Shown here: positions 1 to 12,889 of the stretch, piece by piece
How positions within the stretch are numbered: the first letter of the stretch is position 1
Layout: each line of letters starts with the position of its first letter
Assembly: GCA_000934665.2 (NCBI GenBank)
Contig: JYFJ02001724.1
Coordinates: 53,211-73,210 of the forward strand
DNA: 20,000 nucleotides
Source: Catajapyx aquilonaris
Taxonomy: Eukaryota
Direction of reading: 5' to 3'
The notes under the pieces: generated by a model
What the model saw: only the letters and a program-made list of their open reading frames with translations
The model's database searches: none
What the model was told of the DNA's origin: nothing
Made by a program: the position numbers and the translations under genes

Positions 1-247
1 TGGGAATTTTAAATTTCTGTCACACTGAGTCGCTTTACCGACCAAGAGGATGCAAAATTGACCGTATGACACTACAACAAAACTCGTAAGTAATTTTTCA
101 GCCTGAACAAATTGCGGGTATCTCTAGTTTGGCCCCAAAGGCGCGCCCCGAATGTCAAAACAAAATGTGGAAACGCACAAACTTCAAACAAAACCTAATT
201 TTTCCCCGCCACTTTTGATTACTTCCTTACGTTCCAAATCCGGCAAA

Positions 248-268
248 CCCCACCCNCCCCCCCCCCCC
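248..268 (+). repeat. Poly-C tract with ambiguous base
   Basis: Near-pure C run containing one N at 256. Confidence 0.9.
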
Positions 269-1199
269 TCTGCCCTCCAGAAAAACGTCCACGCTTCATG
301 ACACATTCCAAAGCTCTCCCCCCGAAATCGCAATTTTCAGCAGTCCTTGGCAACAACCCCAAAAGCTTCCGACTCGTGAAATTCTCCACCTTTAGCCTTC
401 TGAAAGGCTCAAGAAGAGCAAGAGAAACTCCCTTCCCGCTGGCCTTTTGCAGACATGACATTATTGCACTGAAAGGTCTCCGTGGTTCAATTCCCGCCAC
501 AAACCCAAAATGGAGCTTGGGGGCGCCTGCAAACACCCCCTCAGAAAATAACCTGAACTTCACCTACTTAAAACTGTGCCCGCCTCTCGTCTCATCAAGA
601 CTGGGTCCCGACGTGAATGCCTGGGAAATGAATTCCTGACGACGCCTGAGAAACTGAAACCTCCAGCGTGAAACTTCATCACTTGGCATCCTTTGTCCCG
701 AGATGACTCCCGACTTTCTCTTGTCCTGCAAACCACACAAACGCACTTGCTAATTGACAAGGTAAACTCACGGCGTCCTTGGAGCACTACGCGACCGGAG
801 GTACAGAGTTGTTCGTCACTACGAATGTACTGTGGAAACCAAAATGTTTCGGTCAAGGTGAAATCCAAGTGCATGCAGCTGACGATAAAATATCGAAAAG
901 TTCCTCGAGAGATCCCATGATGAAACTGCCAGAGTGATGTGTACGGAAATATAATATAACGTTAATTCTAGTTCCACCATATTTTTCGTCTCTCAGTTGC
1001 TCTCCACCAGCTATTGGCCAAAAATCCGTACTGGTGCTGGGGGCAACGTTTTCTCCCAGTGGCGGCAACTAAAAATGATTGTGAGGGGGAGGAGAGTTAC
1101 CATGAATATTCCCGAAGAGGAATCGTTTGTTTTCCTAATCAGCAAACTAATGCAAACTCCCGAGCCACATAGTGGAACAGAGTGATGTGGATGGGGCGG

Positions 1200-1224
1200 N
1201 NNNNNNCCCCCCCCCCCCCCCCCC
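1200..1224 (+). repeat. Assembly gap (7 N) followed by C18 homopolymer
   Basis: N at 1200-1206, C run at 1207-1224. Confidence 0.9.
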
Positions 1225-4200
1225 TTATTTAACATGCAGTCTGAAATCCCAAATGGTGAGAATTTCCAGCGGCTCCGCGTCTAGATTCGTACAGGCCAAG
1301 CTTGACACTTGCACGGCCGTAAATCCTCCCCATATGGGTGGGACGGCACCCGATTGGTCGGCGTGCTGCTATTAATCCATGCAAATTACACAGGTTGCTA
1401 CATGCCCGCGGTTTATTTCATTCACAGTCTACTAACGCTCAGCTGCACCTCTGGCCCCCAAAATTCCTGCCCAATGGAGTTGCGGTGCACATCTACTGTC
1501 GGTACTAGATTTGCCCTACGAAATTGATTAGAAGGCTTGGTATTCTCCTATAGGCTGCTATGTGCCACCACTTTTTTTTACTCCTTCATCATCCAGCAGC
1601 CATATGAAGAAGGCCATCCTCAGGCCTTCAATCAAGTCGAGCATGAAGTTAATCTCACTGGAATGTGCCAAGTGGCTCAAAAGAGCAATTAATTTGGGGG
1701 GCCCATGGGGATCAATTATTCTTTCCGGTATCTGCAGGCACCCCGGGCACAGATATGACGTGCAAAAATATTCTCGCGACATACGTAATATTAGTCACAT
1801 CGAGTGTGGTTGCCATCTCATGCCCCACAGCATTGTGAAAATACATTCTACTTGGAAGTATTAGTGCAATCAGTGCGAAGTCGAATATCACCCTCACGCT
1901 AGTTAAGCGCAACATTCAACCTCAAGGGCGAAGTGGGTGAGGACGTCCACTCTCAGCACATTATACGCAACAATGGGCACGACATTCGATTTCCCTTCAT
2001 GATCAAGACCCCGCGCTTCCTACCAAACTTCACGTTCTTGCGAGCACGCCTGCAGCAAGTAGCCTTTCTGAATACTTGCAATTAAACGAAATAAACGAAT
2101 TTGTTCCAGCCTACACAGGCTACTTTTACTACCAAACCGCTAATGGAATAACCTGTGGCTCCCCCAATTTATTCCCCTATTCCGCCCCAACTTCGTCGCA
2201 TTAAAGCCCTAATTAATTAGCAATGAGAATTACAGATGAAGATTATCACAGAGTTTTCCGCCAGGGCTAAATTAACTTCCGCCCGTCTGAATTTTAGTAG
2301 TTTCAGTCAGCGGCAATGACTCATGCCCGGTATCCAAACAGGCCAACTCCCAAAATACACACACGTATACTGTACCGAATAGTTCTTCACCAAACAGTTC
2401 CTGATAAGCGTCTCTGTAATCAGGTGTCACATATGACAAAAATTCTTCACATCCAAAAAGGCATCTCAATATTGTCAAGTGCAATGCCCTCCATTTTATC
2501 GGAATTTTTTTTCAAGGCACTCGTTATTTTCGACGGAACTCCTCGTGTTGTTTGAGCCTTTTGTTTGTTCCCCTTGCGACCTGCAGAAAAGTATTTAACC
2601 TTTTTTTCCGCTACTTCCCTTCCCCTCCGGATGCTTTCGTGGACCAAAACCCCTCCGGATTCACGGTGATTGTTGGGGTGGAAAAACACTGTCCACGAAG
2701 AGCGTCTCTCACTTTTTTTTAGGTAAGATGCAGCCAAGGCTTCTTGAGCAAGTTGACATTTGCAAGACTCGCCTACGCTCAACCGGGGATAATTAATGGC
2801 ATTTTTGGTATATGCAAACAGCATTGCGCATACCGCGGCTCATTCATGTGATATTCACCCATCTTCAAATAGATGTAACATGCCTAGCTCTAAGAAACAA
2901 GATTATGTAACTACCACTTATCACGAGTAATATGAACCACACACCACATCCTTTTCCTGGATTGTTTCAAGGGCACCATAGACTCTAGTGTTCCTGTCGC
3001 GTGTCGTATGCCCATCATGAACCCGTGCAGTCAGCTTTCTTATATACCTCAACATGTTTATGCATTACCAGCAAAGAAGCGTGGTAATTCGCCCTAATTT
3101 TAGGCGTCCTAAAATTGGACCTTTCTAACAATGTCAAAATTTACAAGTGGTTTTTAAGCCACTGTTTACTCAAGGCAGATTAGCTTCTCTCTTCTTTTTT
3201 TCATTCTCTGCTCCATTTTGTTCAATGCCGAGTCTTTGCATCCGCGATTCCGACCTTCCTTTGCATTAGTACTGCATAACCACTCAGTTCGAGCAAAGGC
3301 CGGAAATTATATTCCTCAGGAGGAACATTAACGTGGGTCTTGAAAAAGACTACAGATTTTAAAAGGCGGAAAAGTTCACGATCCCTACGAATTTTTCTCT
3401 CTCTTTTTCTACCCCCCAGCAACCCCGGCGTCGCAGAGAAACTTTCCATCTCAGAAGGCCAGTTTGCAAAGCAGCACGCGTACTCATAGCAACATTTCCC
3501 TGGAATATTTAATCTGGCTAGTATTCTCCCCAGTTGGAAAAGGCTAATTTGAGCGGCCCAAGTGCGTTTAATCCGACAGAAATCCTTTCCGGAGTCTCTC
3601 AACACATGGCATTACGAGGTGCAATTTGACGGAGGGGACGTTCGAGAATGAATGTCAATCAAGCTGGAATGGAGCTGCGTCCGTTGGGCACACAGCTTTG
3701 GCTGTGGGATTACCAGCCAATAGCCCGCAAACGGCCATCCAATCTCGAGAGCTAGTTATGGCCAAGGACTTTTTGACAAGGTGAGCGGAGGTGTGTCGGG
3801 AATCGAATATGCGGCGCTTACCCTACAGCACCAACCAGGAGACCAGAACGGGGTTTACCTGTCAAGTAGAAAAAATTCATATAAGCCAAAGCCAGAAAAA
3901 AAACCCTGCACATGCATCAAATCTGGACAATATATCTGAAGAGGATGTGTATGCAAGCAGACATTTGCGTCTGGGTTACCAAAGTATACTTTGAATCTCG
4001 TTTTTCCTGAGTCACGCCATATTCTGATGACATCATATCCCTGTTTTTTTTCTTTCATATTACACGGAGGCATTTCCTAATCATGAAACATGAGCCCCCA
4101 AAAATGTGGCGATACTCTATCACAGCCCCTAATACCACCTCTATCTCCCCTTCCCCAGTCGACTTGCCCAAATAAATTAACTCGAGAGAACTAGGTCGTT

Positions 4201-7200
4201 CCGTTTATCTCAAGTGGGTGTACTACAAAGACGCGAAGCACAAGATTTGGAGGATGAAGCTTCCAGAGGCCCTCCTTCCCTCCCTCTTCCCCCGCCCCCT
4301 CCAAAATAGATCAAGGCGTCATCTCACATCAGGCCCTCTTCCGAAACGAATTAGGTCGCTCACCATGTGTGAAGCTGAACTACCTTTCTAGCATGCTGCC
4401 CCTGGTCATACGTGCACCCATAAAAATGTGTGCACACGTGTCGAGAATCACATGGGCTGGATATGTCTATTCACATGTCACACACCTTGCAGGATGGATT
4501 TGGACACGAGGTCGAGCTGTAATCCGAGCTGCCAAAGAACTCGGTGAAAAGTGCCAGCAGGCAACGTGCGTACAAGCCGCTTTCAGTTTAATAACCACCC
4601 TGTATCCTGCAGAGCTAGAGCGTTTCTCCCCGTAAAACCATTTCCCTGTGAGAAACCCTACACAAACTCCAGCCATGTATTTTTTCCCCCCGCCCAATTC
4701 CTTGCCTTGTTACGTACATGCAAGTTGTGCCGACATCCCTCTCTGAGATGTGCCGAGCAGGGGCAAAAGGGCTGCTATATATCCTGCCCCGGGGCACAGA
4801 TTTGCAGCCAGCTAGAGGAAGCAGCAGAGAAACTGGCAAGTTGGCGAAATATGAGAGAGTGGCAGGCCGAAAAGGAACTGCAGCCAAACCTGCTGGATCA
4901 GCACTCCCAGACTTCCGCCATGCTTGCTCTCTTTGGAGGAAGGGAAGGGGGAATTTGCAGTCACCTTCCCTTCTCCATTTCCGCCCACATTATATGCTCG
5001 ACATCCATCCCAGAGTCTTCCATTACCACACTCTTCTCCTCTGCTTCGATCTGAAGCTGCGACACCTAGCGACGTTCACCCACACGCCAGTCAACTTAAA
5101 TTGGTTCGTCCCCTTTTTGGGGGGAGAAATCTCTATACGGAGTGTGTGTACTTACAGCCACGGATTTGATACCAGCATCGACCAACCATAAGGTTCAAAG
5201 ACTGTTTACTCAACACGGCCCTTCACCTGACATGCCAGCAGATAATCTTGTTTTGCGGTGTCATTCCATTTCAAGTCATACAGTCGACTATACGGACATG
5301 AGAGACTTCAAGGGACCGCGGAAATCAGTATCCTATAACAGAGGTTTCCTATATATTCAAGTACACTGGCCATATATGGAAGAATTCCGGGACCAGCCTT
5401 TCGAGTTAGCTATAACCTTACAGCTAAAGCTCTTACTGTTGCCAGTATGAAGGTGCACATGGTTTTCCAAAAAGCCCCACCAAATGCTGATTTCCCAGAG
5501 TGTGTGCATCTACTGGCCTATAGACGAGCCTTACCTGAACTTCGCACGCACGCAACGTTGGCCATAAATTTACATACACCCGTAAACGCGGTTAGGCAAA
5601 TAGACACTTCTCACACTTTTGTCGCGCAATTTTTCAGAGCCAACCGACTAAAACAAAAATATGCAGCTCACGGGCCTTTGAAAAATGCTTTTTCTGCAAT
5701 AACAAAGCCTTTACCGCGATAAAATGCTGCTCTTCCAATACATGAATCCAGCACTGCCTGCTGCCTTCCTGACTGGACTCGGCCCAGTGAAGAAACATGA
5801 TTCAGGCAATCAAGCCCCTGCGTCCAAAAGAGATCACAATGATGGATTACTCACGCCACTAAAGGCTAGTATATTTCTACTTCCACACAAGCCAGGCTGA
5901 ATGTGGGGCTCGTGTGTGGTTGCACATACTCGTACACAGTGGACGTGGGTATAATCCATCACCTTGACCTATCCGAGAACCCAAACCTTTCCGTACACTG
6001 GACACCCTGTAGCTTATAACATCCCCCATTGTCCAACCCCGCATCTCAAAGCTTTCTCTGGTCCCCACAACATCCGAACCCCGAACAACGACATTCACCT
6101 GCACGTGTCACCTCCGGTTTGTGCGATGAATGGACGCGAGACATGTCACAACGGCATTTTCGGGGAACACACGTTGGGTGGATTATCGATCCCGGACAAC
6201 TCATTTTCCGGGCCGTTATCCCTCCCTGCCCTAAAACACCCTCCTCCTCCAAGCCACCTTCAAGCAGGGCCTGCTTCAAGCCAGGAGCTCCCCCACATAA
6301 AAAAAAAAAAGAATTAGAAAAAAGAGGACAGTGGACCAGGAGAGTGAGGAAAAGACTTAGACGTGCCAAAAAATGTCCCATCCCATGCAAGTGACACTCC
6401 ATTAGGTCAGTTGTAAGGAAATCAATATAAGCGAACTGCAACGCTTCCTTGCCCTATGCAAAAGGCAAAATCTTGAGCCTGGAAGCCTGCCAGGACTGCA
6501 GATCCGGTCGTCATGCACCAAACAAACAGTTTTTAGTGGCCCGGCCGTTCATCTCCGCACAACTCCAAATTTACACCCGGTTTTACGACCGCTTTCATTC
6601 GGGCTCAATGATCCATTTTCGCCTGTTTTAATCATCTTTGCATCGGCACTGATGCTAGTGGTTTTTAATGGGGTGTGTTTTTTGGGAGGGTTGCTGTACT
6701 TACTATACGGTTCACAGTTCTCTCAAACTGCTCGCCACTTCCGGCGTTTAAAAATACACCGGCGACGAATAACATCATGCAAGGTATAATTACGTGCAAA
6801 AAAAAAAAACTCCCATGAGAAAATGGGGTACAGTTGGCTATGAACTTTTACGTAACTGCGTCAAAATCGCGGGCTTCATTACTGTACTTACTGACCGAGA
6901 TTCTAAAATTATACATACTCCGTCACATGCGTAATTATTTTAATCTGACTATCAGCTACTCGCACCTCTAGGTACACGTCTGTCATAATAACTGCGTGTT
7001 TCTGTAATAAATAGCTCCCGCGTGAAGCAACTGCACTGCCTGCATCAAGCACCAAACTGGGCTCTAACGTAAGTATACACAGGCAGATGGAAAACCTAGG
7101 GTGCCACCAAGCTGGCCATTTTTCTCCCTCCCACAATGGGCGGGTTTTGCTAGCGTATACATTTTGCAGGCAGACTGGTTTCCCAGCCACCACACACGGC

Positions 7201-10200
7201 CCTGCACCTGAACATTTTTGGTATTCAACGAATTCAGTCACATCAAAGTGAGTATGATCCGCATTGTCACCTAGCAAACACCGCCAACCGCCGCAGGTGC
7301 AGTGACTTATCCAACCTCATTCTGTGCGTTCTCACAGCATTTCATTGACGCCCACTCGCACTTTCTCTGCTGGTGACCTCCAACCTGGGCTTCCGTATCT
7401 GATGCCTCCCTGGGAGGGCCTCCTTCGAGCTAGTACGTATTTGCTTATATGAATGTGTTCCAGCCGATGTACACACCAGGCGACAATAGTCCTGCGACCT
7501 TCGCTTCAAGGTTCAATGAATATGTCGTGCAATTAGACCGGTACGTATACCACGAATTAATGAGTGCATTACTGTTAGCGAGTGACTTATTTAGACAGAA
7601 ACACAAGACATGTTCCCCTTCGAGTGACAATGTAAGTGAGACGGACCCGTCAACAAGCCTGCAAAACTCGATGACACTCCACGCCCACTGTCCATCACGC
7701 CTCACCTTCAACTTTGCATGCAAATATCGGGGTGGATGAACCGACTAGGCATTCATTATCCCTCAATTAACTAGAATATCGAACTAGGTGACTAGATAGA
7801 TGCAGGTGCACAGTCACATCCATTGCATTAATATGTATGAAAATTACAATACCAAAAGCACACTCTGGCTGCATGGAAATTGCCCCTGGAGCATCCAAGC
7901 AGCCAAGGCAAATAAGTGCAGGGCTCAAATCAGTTAACAAGATTAGACCCTAAGGTTGTTTTAATCAGAATGCAAAGTGCAATCATGCTTACCATACATC
8001 TGAATCATAATTTTGGCGGCACGTGCTGAATCCTCAAAGCGATTAACCACGCTTCCTGCTACGTACAATGTCATTACACGTCCTCCTATATGCAACCAGA
8101 GTAAGCTCGTTCTTAATAAGCAAAATCAATACTTATTGAGGCTGTAATAAACACTTATCTTTCTGTTGCCTGTGAACACCTGTGGACAGCCTTGGAAATC
8201 ACAAACACGACCATATAGCCATACTGTTTGAAATACAATGCACTTCAGGCGGTTTAATTTGCGAGGGAAATCAGGCCAATGCTGATGCAGTGATATTACG
8301 GTTTCAACCTTTGGAGGAGTGTAAGCTTTAATAAAACTGTATAGTACTACACCAGCATTAGTGGCTGGCAAGGGTGTGAGTATCTCGGTTCACATGATTT
8401 ACATCTGTAGTGGTAATGAACAAATGGAATTGACGCCATCACATATATGCAAGAGCACTTGGGTAGGATGTTTACTTTGTGCGCCATGTGCACTTCCCTC
8501 CTGGCAAAAGTTTTGTATTTCACTGTAAGTGATACAAGTAAATGGCAGAATAATGACCACAGAACCACATGACAGCCAACATGATTGGAATTGTGTTGGA
8601 TGAATATCCAGTTCTGAATGCACGACTTGTCACCAACTGCCAACAAAGTGCTGTGTAATGTCTATCATGACATGCATGGCAGATAAGTAGGGCACATTTT
8701 AAAATGCCTCCCATTTTCATGTCCATATGATGATTAATAATTTCAACTGTAAATGTTTCATTTTCACATGCTCAGCATTTAAGGTGCATTTTTGTTGCAC
8801 TATACTTTTAAGCAATTACTGCAGTTCACAATAAACACTTGACAGTTGTTTCAACATGGCATTCCTGTAACTCCATAAGGTGAAACTGTTCCTTATTCAT
8901 CTCTGACCAAGCAGTACTTGTACTGCAATCGAGGGGTAACTATGTGTTCTTGCATAATGTAGAGCAACCCTATGAACAAGTCCTAGGAGAATCCTCTCAC
9001 CCAATGTTTACAGCCCAGTTGTTTCTGCAGGAGTGACAATGCATAAAATTCTGTTGTAGTGGCCAGTGCACTTGTACAGTTGCAAACTTGCTGATGGAAC
9101 CTCTCTCAGCATAAAGTGCACAGGACCACCTTCACATAATGGGGATATGCAGATTAATCCTAGCATTACTATAATGATATCTACTTTGCAGTATTTCCAC
9201 TGTTTCTGGTTTCGAGAAACAAGCTTTTACACCAACGGTTATCCATGTTATTTAATTGTTCACAGAGTTGTACATTAACGAGAATAAATTTGCCACATGA
9301 TATGACTGATTTGTAGGGTACCTTACACCACTGCATGTTTATCCTTGTCAGTAATTGCTTGTTATTGCTGTCCTTGTAATTAGCTCCAATTATTTCCCAA
9401 GAAGGATAACTTAAGGCACATCATACGATTGCAGTGATTCAACTATTGTTTTATGGCATTTAGGCTTGTAATTTGTGACCTGCTTACTGTGTCATTCTGA
9501 AAGTCTATAACACTTATTTTATTTACCAAAAGTAGTAGAAAATACTGTATATTATAAACAATAAATTTGATGAGTACAGATGTACAAAATTGAAAACTTG
9601 CTTCGCTTGGCAGCATAGGAAATTATATTAGTTAAGCAAGCTGCCACCTAATTTATTTGGCTAGCACTTTAGTTGCTTTAGTTAGTGGCTTTTATTTGCC
9701 TAGTCAAGTTGCAACTGAAACAAAACTCAGCCACTGCATTTATCCATGCTACTCATCTAAAAGCCCCACTGGATCTAATCTCATGAATAACACCTCTTCT
9801 GTGCAGTAGTCACTGAATTTTCAGATGTGTTTGATCTAACCTATTTCTTCTCTATGGGCAGTCTTTTCAGTGCCATCTTGCAAAAAATGGCCACCACCAT
9901 TAATCTGCAGAAGTGGGTCTATCAGCTACTGCAAGAAATTATAATCCGAAATCACGCAAGACACTTCCCCATCTGAAGTTCTTGAACAGCTGCATTTTGG
10001 CTGAAAGGTGAGGTGTTATGATGCACTCTTGTTCCTTGACATTCTCAGTTTCTGTAAGCTTTCTTCAAATAATGTCTAACACACACAAGACTTTCTATAT
10101 TGCCAACAATGATAAAACCCTCAGAATCACCATTAACTATACATTACTATTTACTATTACATTACTAGTATATCACAAACAACACAACTTATGTCATGAC

Positions 10201-10434
10201 AGCAAGAACTTTCAATGCCAGTAACTGTAGTGGACTAGGTAAACTAATATGTAAACGGACTAAACCCCATATAATTAATCCTAGCTTTTTATCCCAGTAA
10301 ACCTATAGCACATTTTCCTGCAGATAACTCCCAATAATGTAATAATGAGTCACTCATAGTGATAATAAATCTGAGATAAAAGAAATGAACCATGTTCCTT
10401 TACAGATTGCCTAACATCATATATCACTACAGTA

Positions 10435-10534
10435 CTATATCGCTCAAAAAGATAGAGACGATTGGCATTTGATTCAAGTGCAAGTTGCACTTGAGTCAAA
10501 TGCAAAATCGTCTCTATCTTTTTGGGCGATATAG
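10435..10534. mobile_element. 100-bp palindromic (hairpin) MITE with TA target-site duplication
   Basis: TA|CTATATCGCTCAAAAAGATAGAGACGAT...CAAGTGCAA g TTGCACTTG...ATCGTCTCTATCTTTTTGGGCGATATAG|TA. Arms of about 50 bp are nearly perfect inverted repeats with a 1-nt centre. Confidence 0.8.
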
Positions 10535-11705
10535 TACATTAACACCTCGGATCCTGTTCAAGTCATAGTACACTAGGTGACTGCAATCTCTAAAGAAGCT
10601 TCTCTGAAGAACTGGTAGTATAATTCTGTCACCTGAGCAAATGACTGATATGTTATATCAATTCAGTCCCAATCCAGGTACAGGATGCACCTGCCAACAA
10701 TTGGAATGCTACCATATAATGTAGAAATGCACACATTGGATGACTATTAAAAACACTGCATAATGCTATGGCCAGGAGGATGCAGCAGACACTGCGAATA
10801 CTAGAATACTTGCAAATTCAGTTACTAATATTACAATTATGAGGATGTGGCAGAGGTTTATTGTCATATCACACAGTGCCAATCCATGGCTCTGTGATTC
10901 CTTAGCAGAGTGGCCAATGACCTATTCACTAAATCCTGGAACTCTGCAATTTAAAATACTTTTCAATACCTTGCTACAATGTGAATTTACTGAAACTACT
11001 GATAATGCAGAATACGCTATTTTCAGCGGGCCGCACATCAGCTTTCAGAAAAATACACCACGTTCACAGGTGCAGCTTACAGAATCCCCCATGACAATCC
11101 GCATTTACACTCATTCATATGAATGTAGCAAAATTTAGGTCAGTTGCATGTAACTACTCACTGAATCCCATCAATAATGGTAAGTGACCACAGAAAACAT
11201 CATGCATGCATATGTATCTCCCTGATATTACCGTAGTAGCATTTAAAGCCACAATGACAGCATTGACACTTGATCATGTCAGGTCATTCAAAAGGACTTG
11301 GATGATGGCAAGTCCAGCCAGTCCAGGTTTGTCCCAGCCATGTCCCAATCCTTTAGAGTGCCCCCCGACCCCAAATCCAAGGAAATCCCAAGCAGAGATC
11401 CTTGGGAGAGTCTCCTACTGGACTGCTCATGAGCCCTAGCAAGGTCCTGGTGAGCCCTCCTCCTTGCAAATGGTGGGAGTTGAAGAAGGTGAGCCCTCAA
11501 AAGGAGTAGTAGTACTACTACTAGGCCTGGCCAAGCTGCTGCTGCACCTCGTCCCACTCCAGGGCACTTTGGACTGTGGCCGAGGCTATTGTATGCCAGC
11601 ACATGCCAAGCACCAGCCAAGGGCGGGCCCTCCCATTATATGCCCGAATGTGTGCGGGTGTGCCCCCCCTCTCTTTGGAATGGTTGTTGGGTGATTGTCC
11701 CCTAC

Positions 11706-11771
11706 CTGTTGTGCGGCGGTGTATCCCAGCAGGACCACACTGAGCAGCAGAAGGGAGAGTGGAAGGTGCAT
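11706..11771 (-). CDS. First coding exon (signal peptide) of an unidentified secreted or cell-surface protein
   Basis: ATG at 11771 gives MHLPLSLLLLSVVLLGYTAAQQ: hydrophobic core plus a small-residue T-A-A cleavage site. It is immediately followed by donor CAG|GTAGGG (phase 0) and lies downstream of a GC/CpG-rich promoter-like region. Confidence 0.6.
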
Positions 11772-12560
11772 CTCCTACACAGTGTCCCGGTCCACACGGG
11801 GCCGCGGCAGGGAACACAAGTCAACTATAGTATGCGGCGGGCGAGAGGAGGCCGAGCAGGGACGGTCAAGAGTGGTGTGTGGTGGTAGGCGTGTGCGTGC
11901 GTGCCTGCGTGTGGGATGAGCACCACCAGTTCCAGGCAAGAAACAAGGCCTGCAGCTGGGATGAGGAGGAGAAATTGGGAGAAAAAGGAGGAATGGAAGT
12001 GGGGAAAGGGAGGAGGAGGAGGGCAGGGAAATGAAGGAGAGGGAGGAGACGGGTGTCCGTGTGGTGTCTGTCCCTTCGACGAGGCAGGTCTGGGCCTAGG
12101 AGGAGGGGTCCGGAGTCAGTCCGCCACTGCACTGCCCGGCTGTCTGGGTGTGCACCGAGTGTCCTTCCTTCGAGGCAAGGGAGAGAGATCCGAGTGTCCC
12201 CCCCAACCTCCTCCACTATCGGCCACCAGCAATGCAAAACCACAGTGGGACTTGCGGCTCCTCTCTCTCTCTCTCTTCAGTCTCCTCTTCTCTGCCGACT
12301 GCACCAGCGCCGCGAGGAGGCACCACCCAGCACTACTACTTGCTACCACCACGGTGTGAGTGGTGTTGCGGGGCAAGGGAGGGCGAGGACGGGGAGATGG
12401 TGCCTGTGCTGCCCCTGCTACCAACACCCGATTCCACTCCGGAGCGGCGGGAGCTCCAAGTCGGCCAATCAATGAGTCAGTCGGTGCTGCTGAGCTGGGA
12501 GAGGAGGAGGCGTGGAATGGCAGGAGGGTAGGGTGGGGAGCCTGGGGAGGGAGCCGGGGA
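11772..12560 (-). promoter_or_regulatory. GC/CpG-rich 5' leader and promoter region of the signal-peptide gene
   Basis: Abrupt rise in GC and CpG, purine/pyrimidine-skewed tracts, a (CT)n run near 12261-12275, CCAAT at 12465-12469, AP-1-like TGAGTCA at 12473-12479 and clustered G-runs at 12526-12559. The TSS cannot be determined. Confidence 0.5.
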
Positions 12561-12672
12561 TNNNNTTTCAAGGGAATCCTCCTCCTCCCGCCTACACACA
12601 CTTCTACCCAGCCCACCTCCATCTGACGGACGTAATTGGAACAAACGGCTTGGCATTCCGCACTTCCTGGTT

Positions 12673-12687
12673 ACTGCCATCTAGCGG
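12673..12687 (-). promoter_or_regulatory. CTCF-like binding site
   Basis: Minus strand reads CCGCTAGATGGCAGT, a close match to the CTCF core CCASYAGRKGGCR. A weaker copy CCGTCAGATGGAGG lies at about 12615-12628. Confidence 0.5.
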
Positions 12688-12889
12688 ACGGGGATTCAAA
12701 CCCAGGATCGGTGCCATGGCGCTGCCAGGCAGGGCACACCTTGGTGCCCAGTTTCAAACTGCAGGGGGGTATCCACGGAAATGTTTTCTCTTCCAAGAGA
12801 GGCCAACTGCGCATGCCCATCCCAGCAACAGAGGAAAAGTAGAAAATTTTCAACTTTAATCCCTCTTCCGAGAGGCCTGAAGTGACTGA

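Larger units (their letters stand above)
1..11705 (-). other. Probable large first intron of the signal-peptide gene (non-coding; next exon not seen in window)
   Basis: Begins at the GT donor at 11705. No ORF in 1-11700 has recognisable protein character or a convincing phase-compatible splice pair. Inference from absence. Confidence 0.4.

Noticed and set aside
467..500. B-box-like GGTTCAATTCCC, and GGTTTGAATCCC on the minus strand near 12691-12702
   Set aside because: No A box at proper spacing and no cloverleaf, so neither a tRNA nor a supportable SINE head.
4551..5191. 167-aa and 157-aa plus-strand ORFs (one with helical-looking SQLEEAAEKLASWRNMREWQAEKELQ)
   Set aside because: Non-ATG or weak starts, no recognisable domain, no consistent splice sites; overlapping frames are equally open.
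9887..9976. 29-codon plus-strand small ORF MATTINLQKWVYQLLQEIIIRNHARHFPI with good start context
   Set aside because: Too short to distinguish from chance without conservation or expression data.
11505..11522. Perfect 18-bp palindrome AGTAGTAGTACTACTACT; also a 9-bp stem at 3096-3116
   Set aside because: Simple trinucleotide or AT-rich symmetry readily arising by slippage or chance; no TSD or other context.
11866..12859. Many overlapping 115-168 aa ORFs on both strands
   Set aside because: Expected in GC-rich low-complexity promoter DNA; translations are compositionally biased and some cross an N gap.
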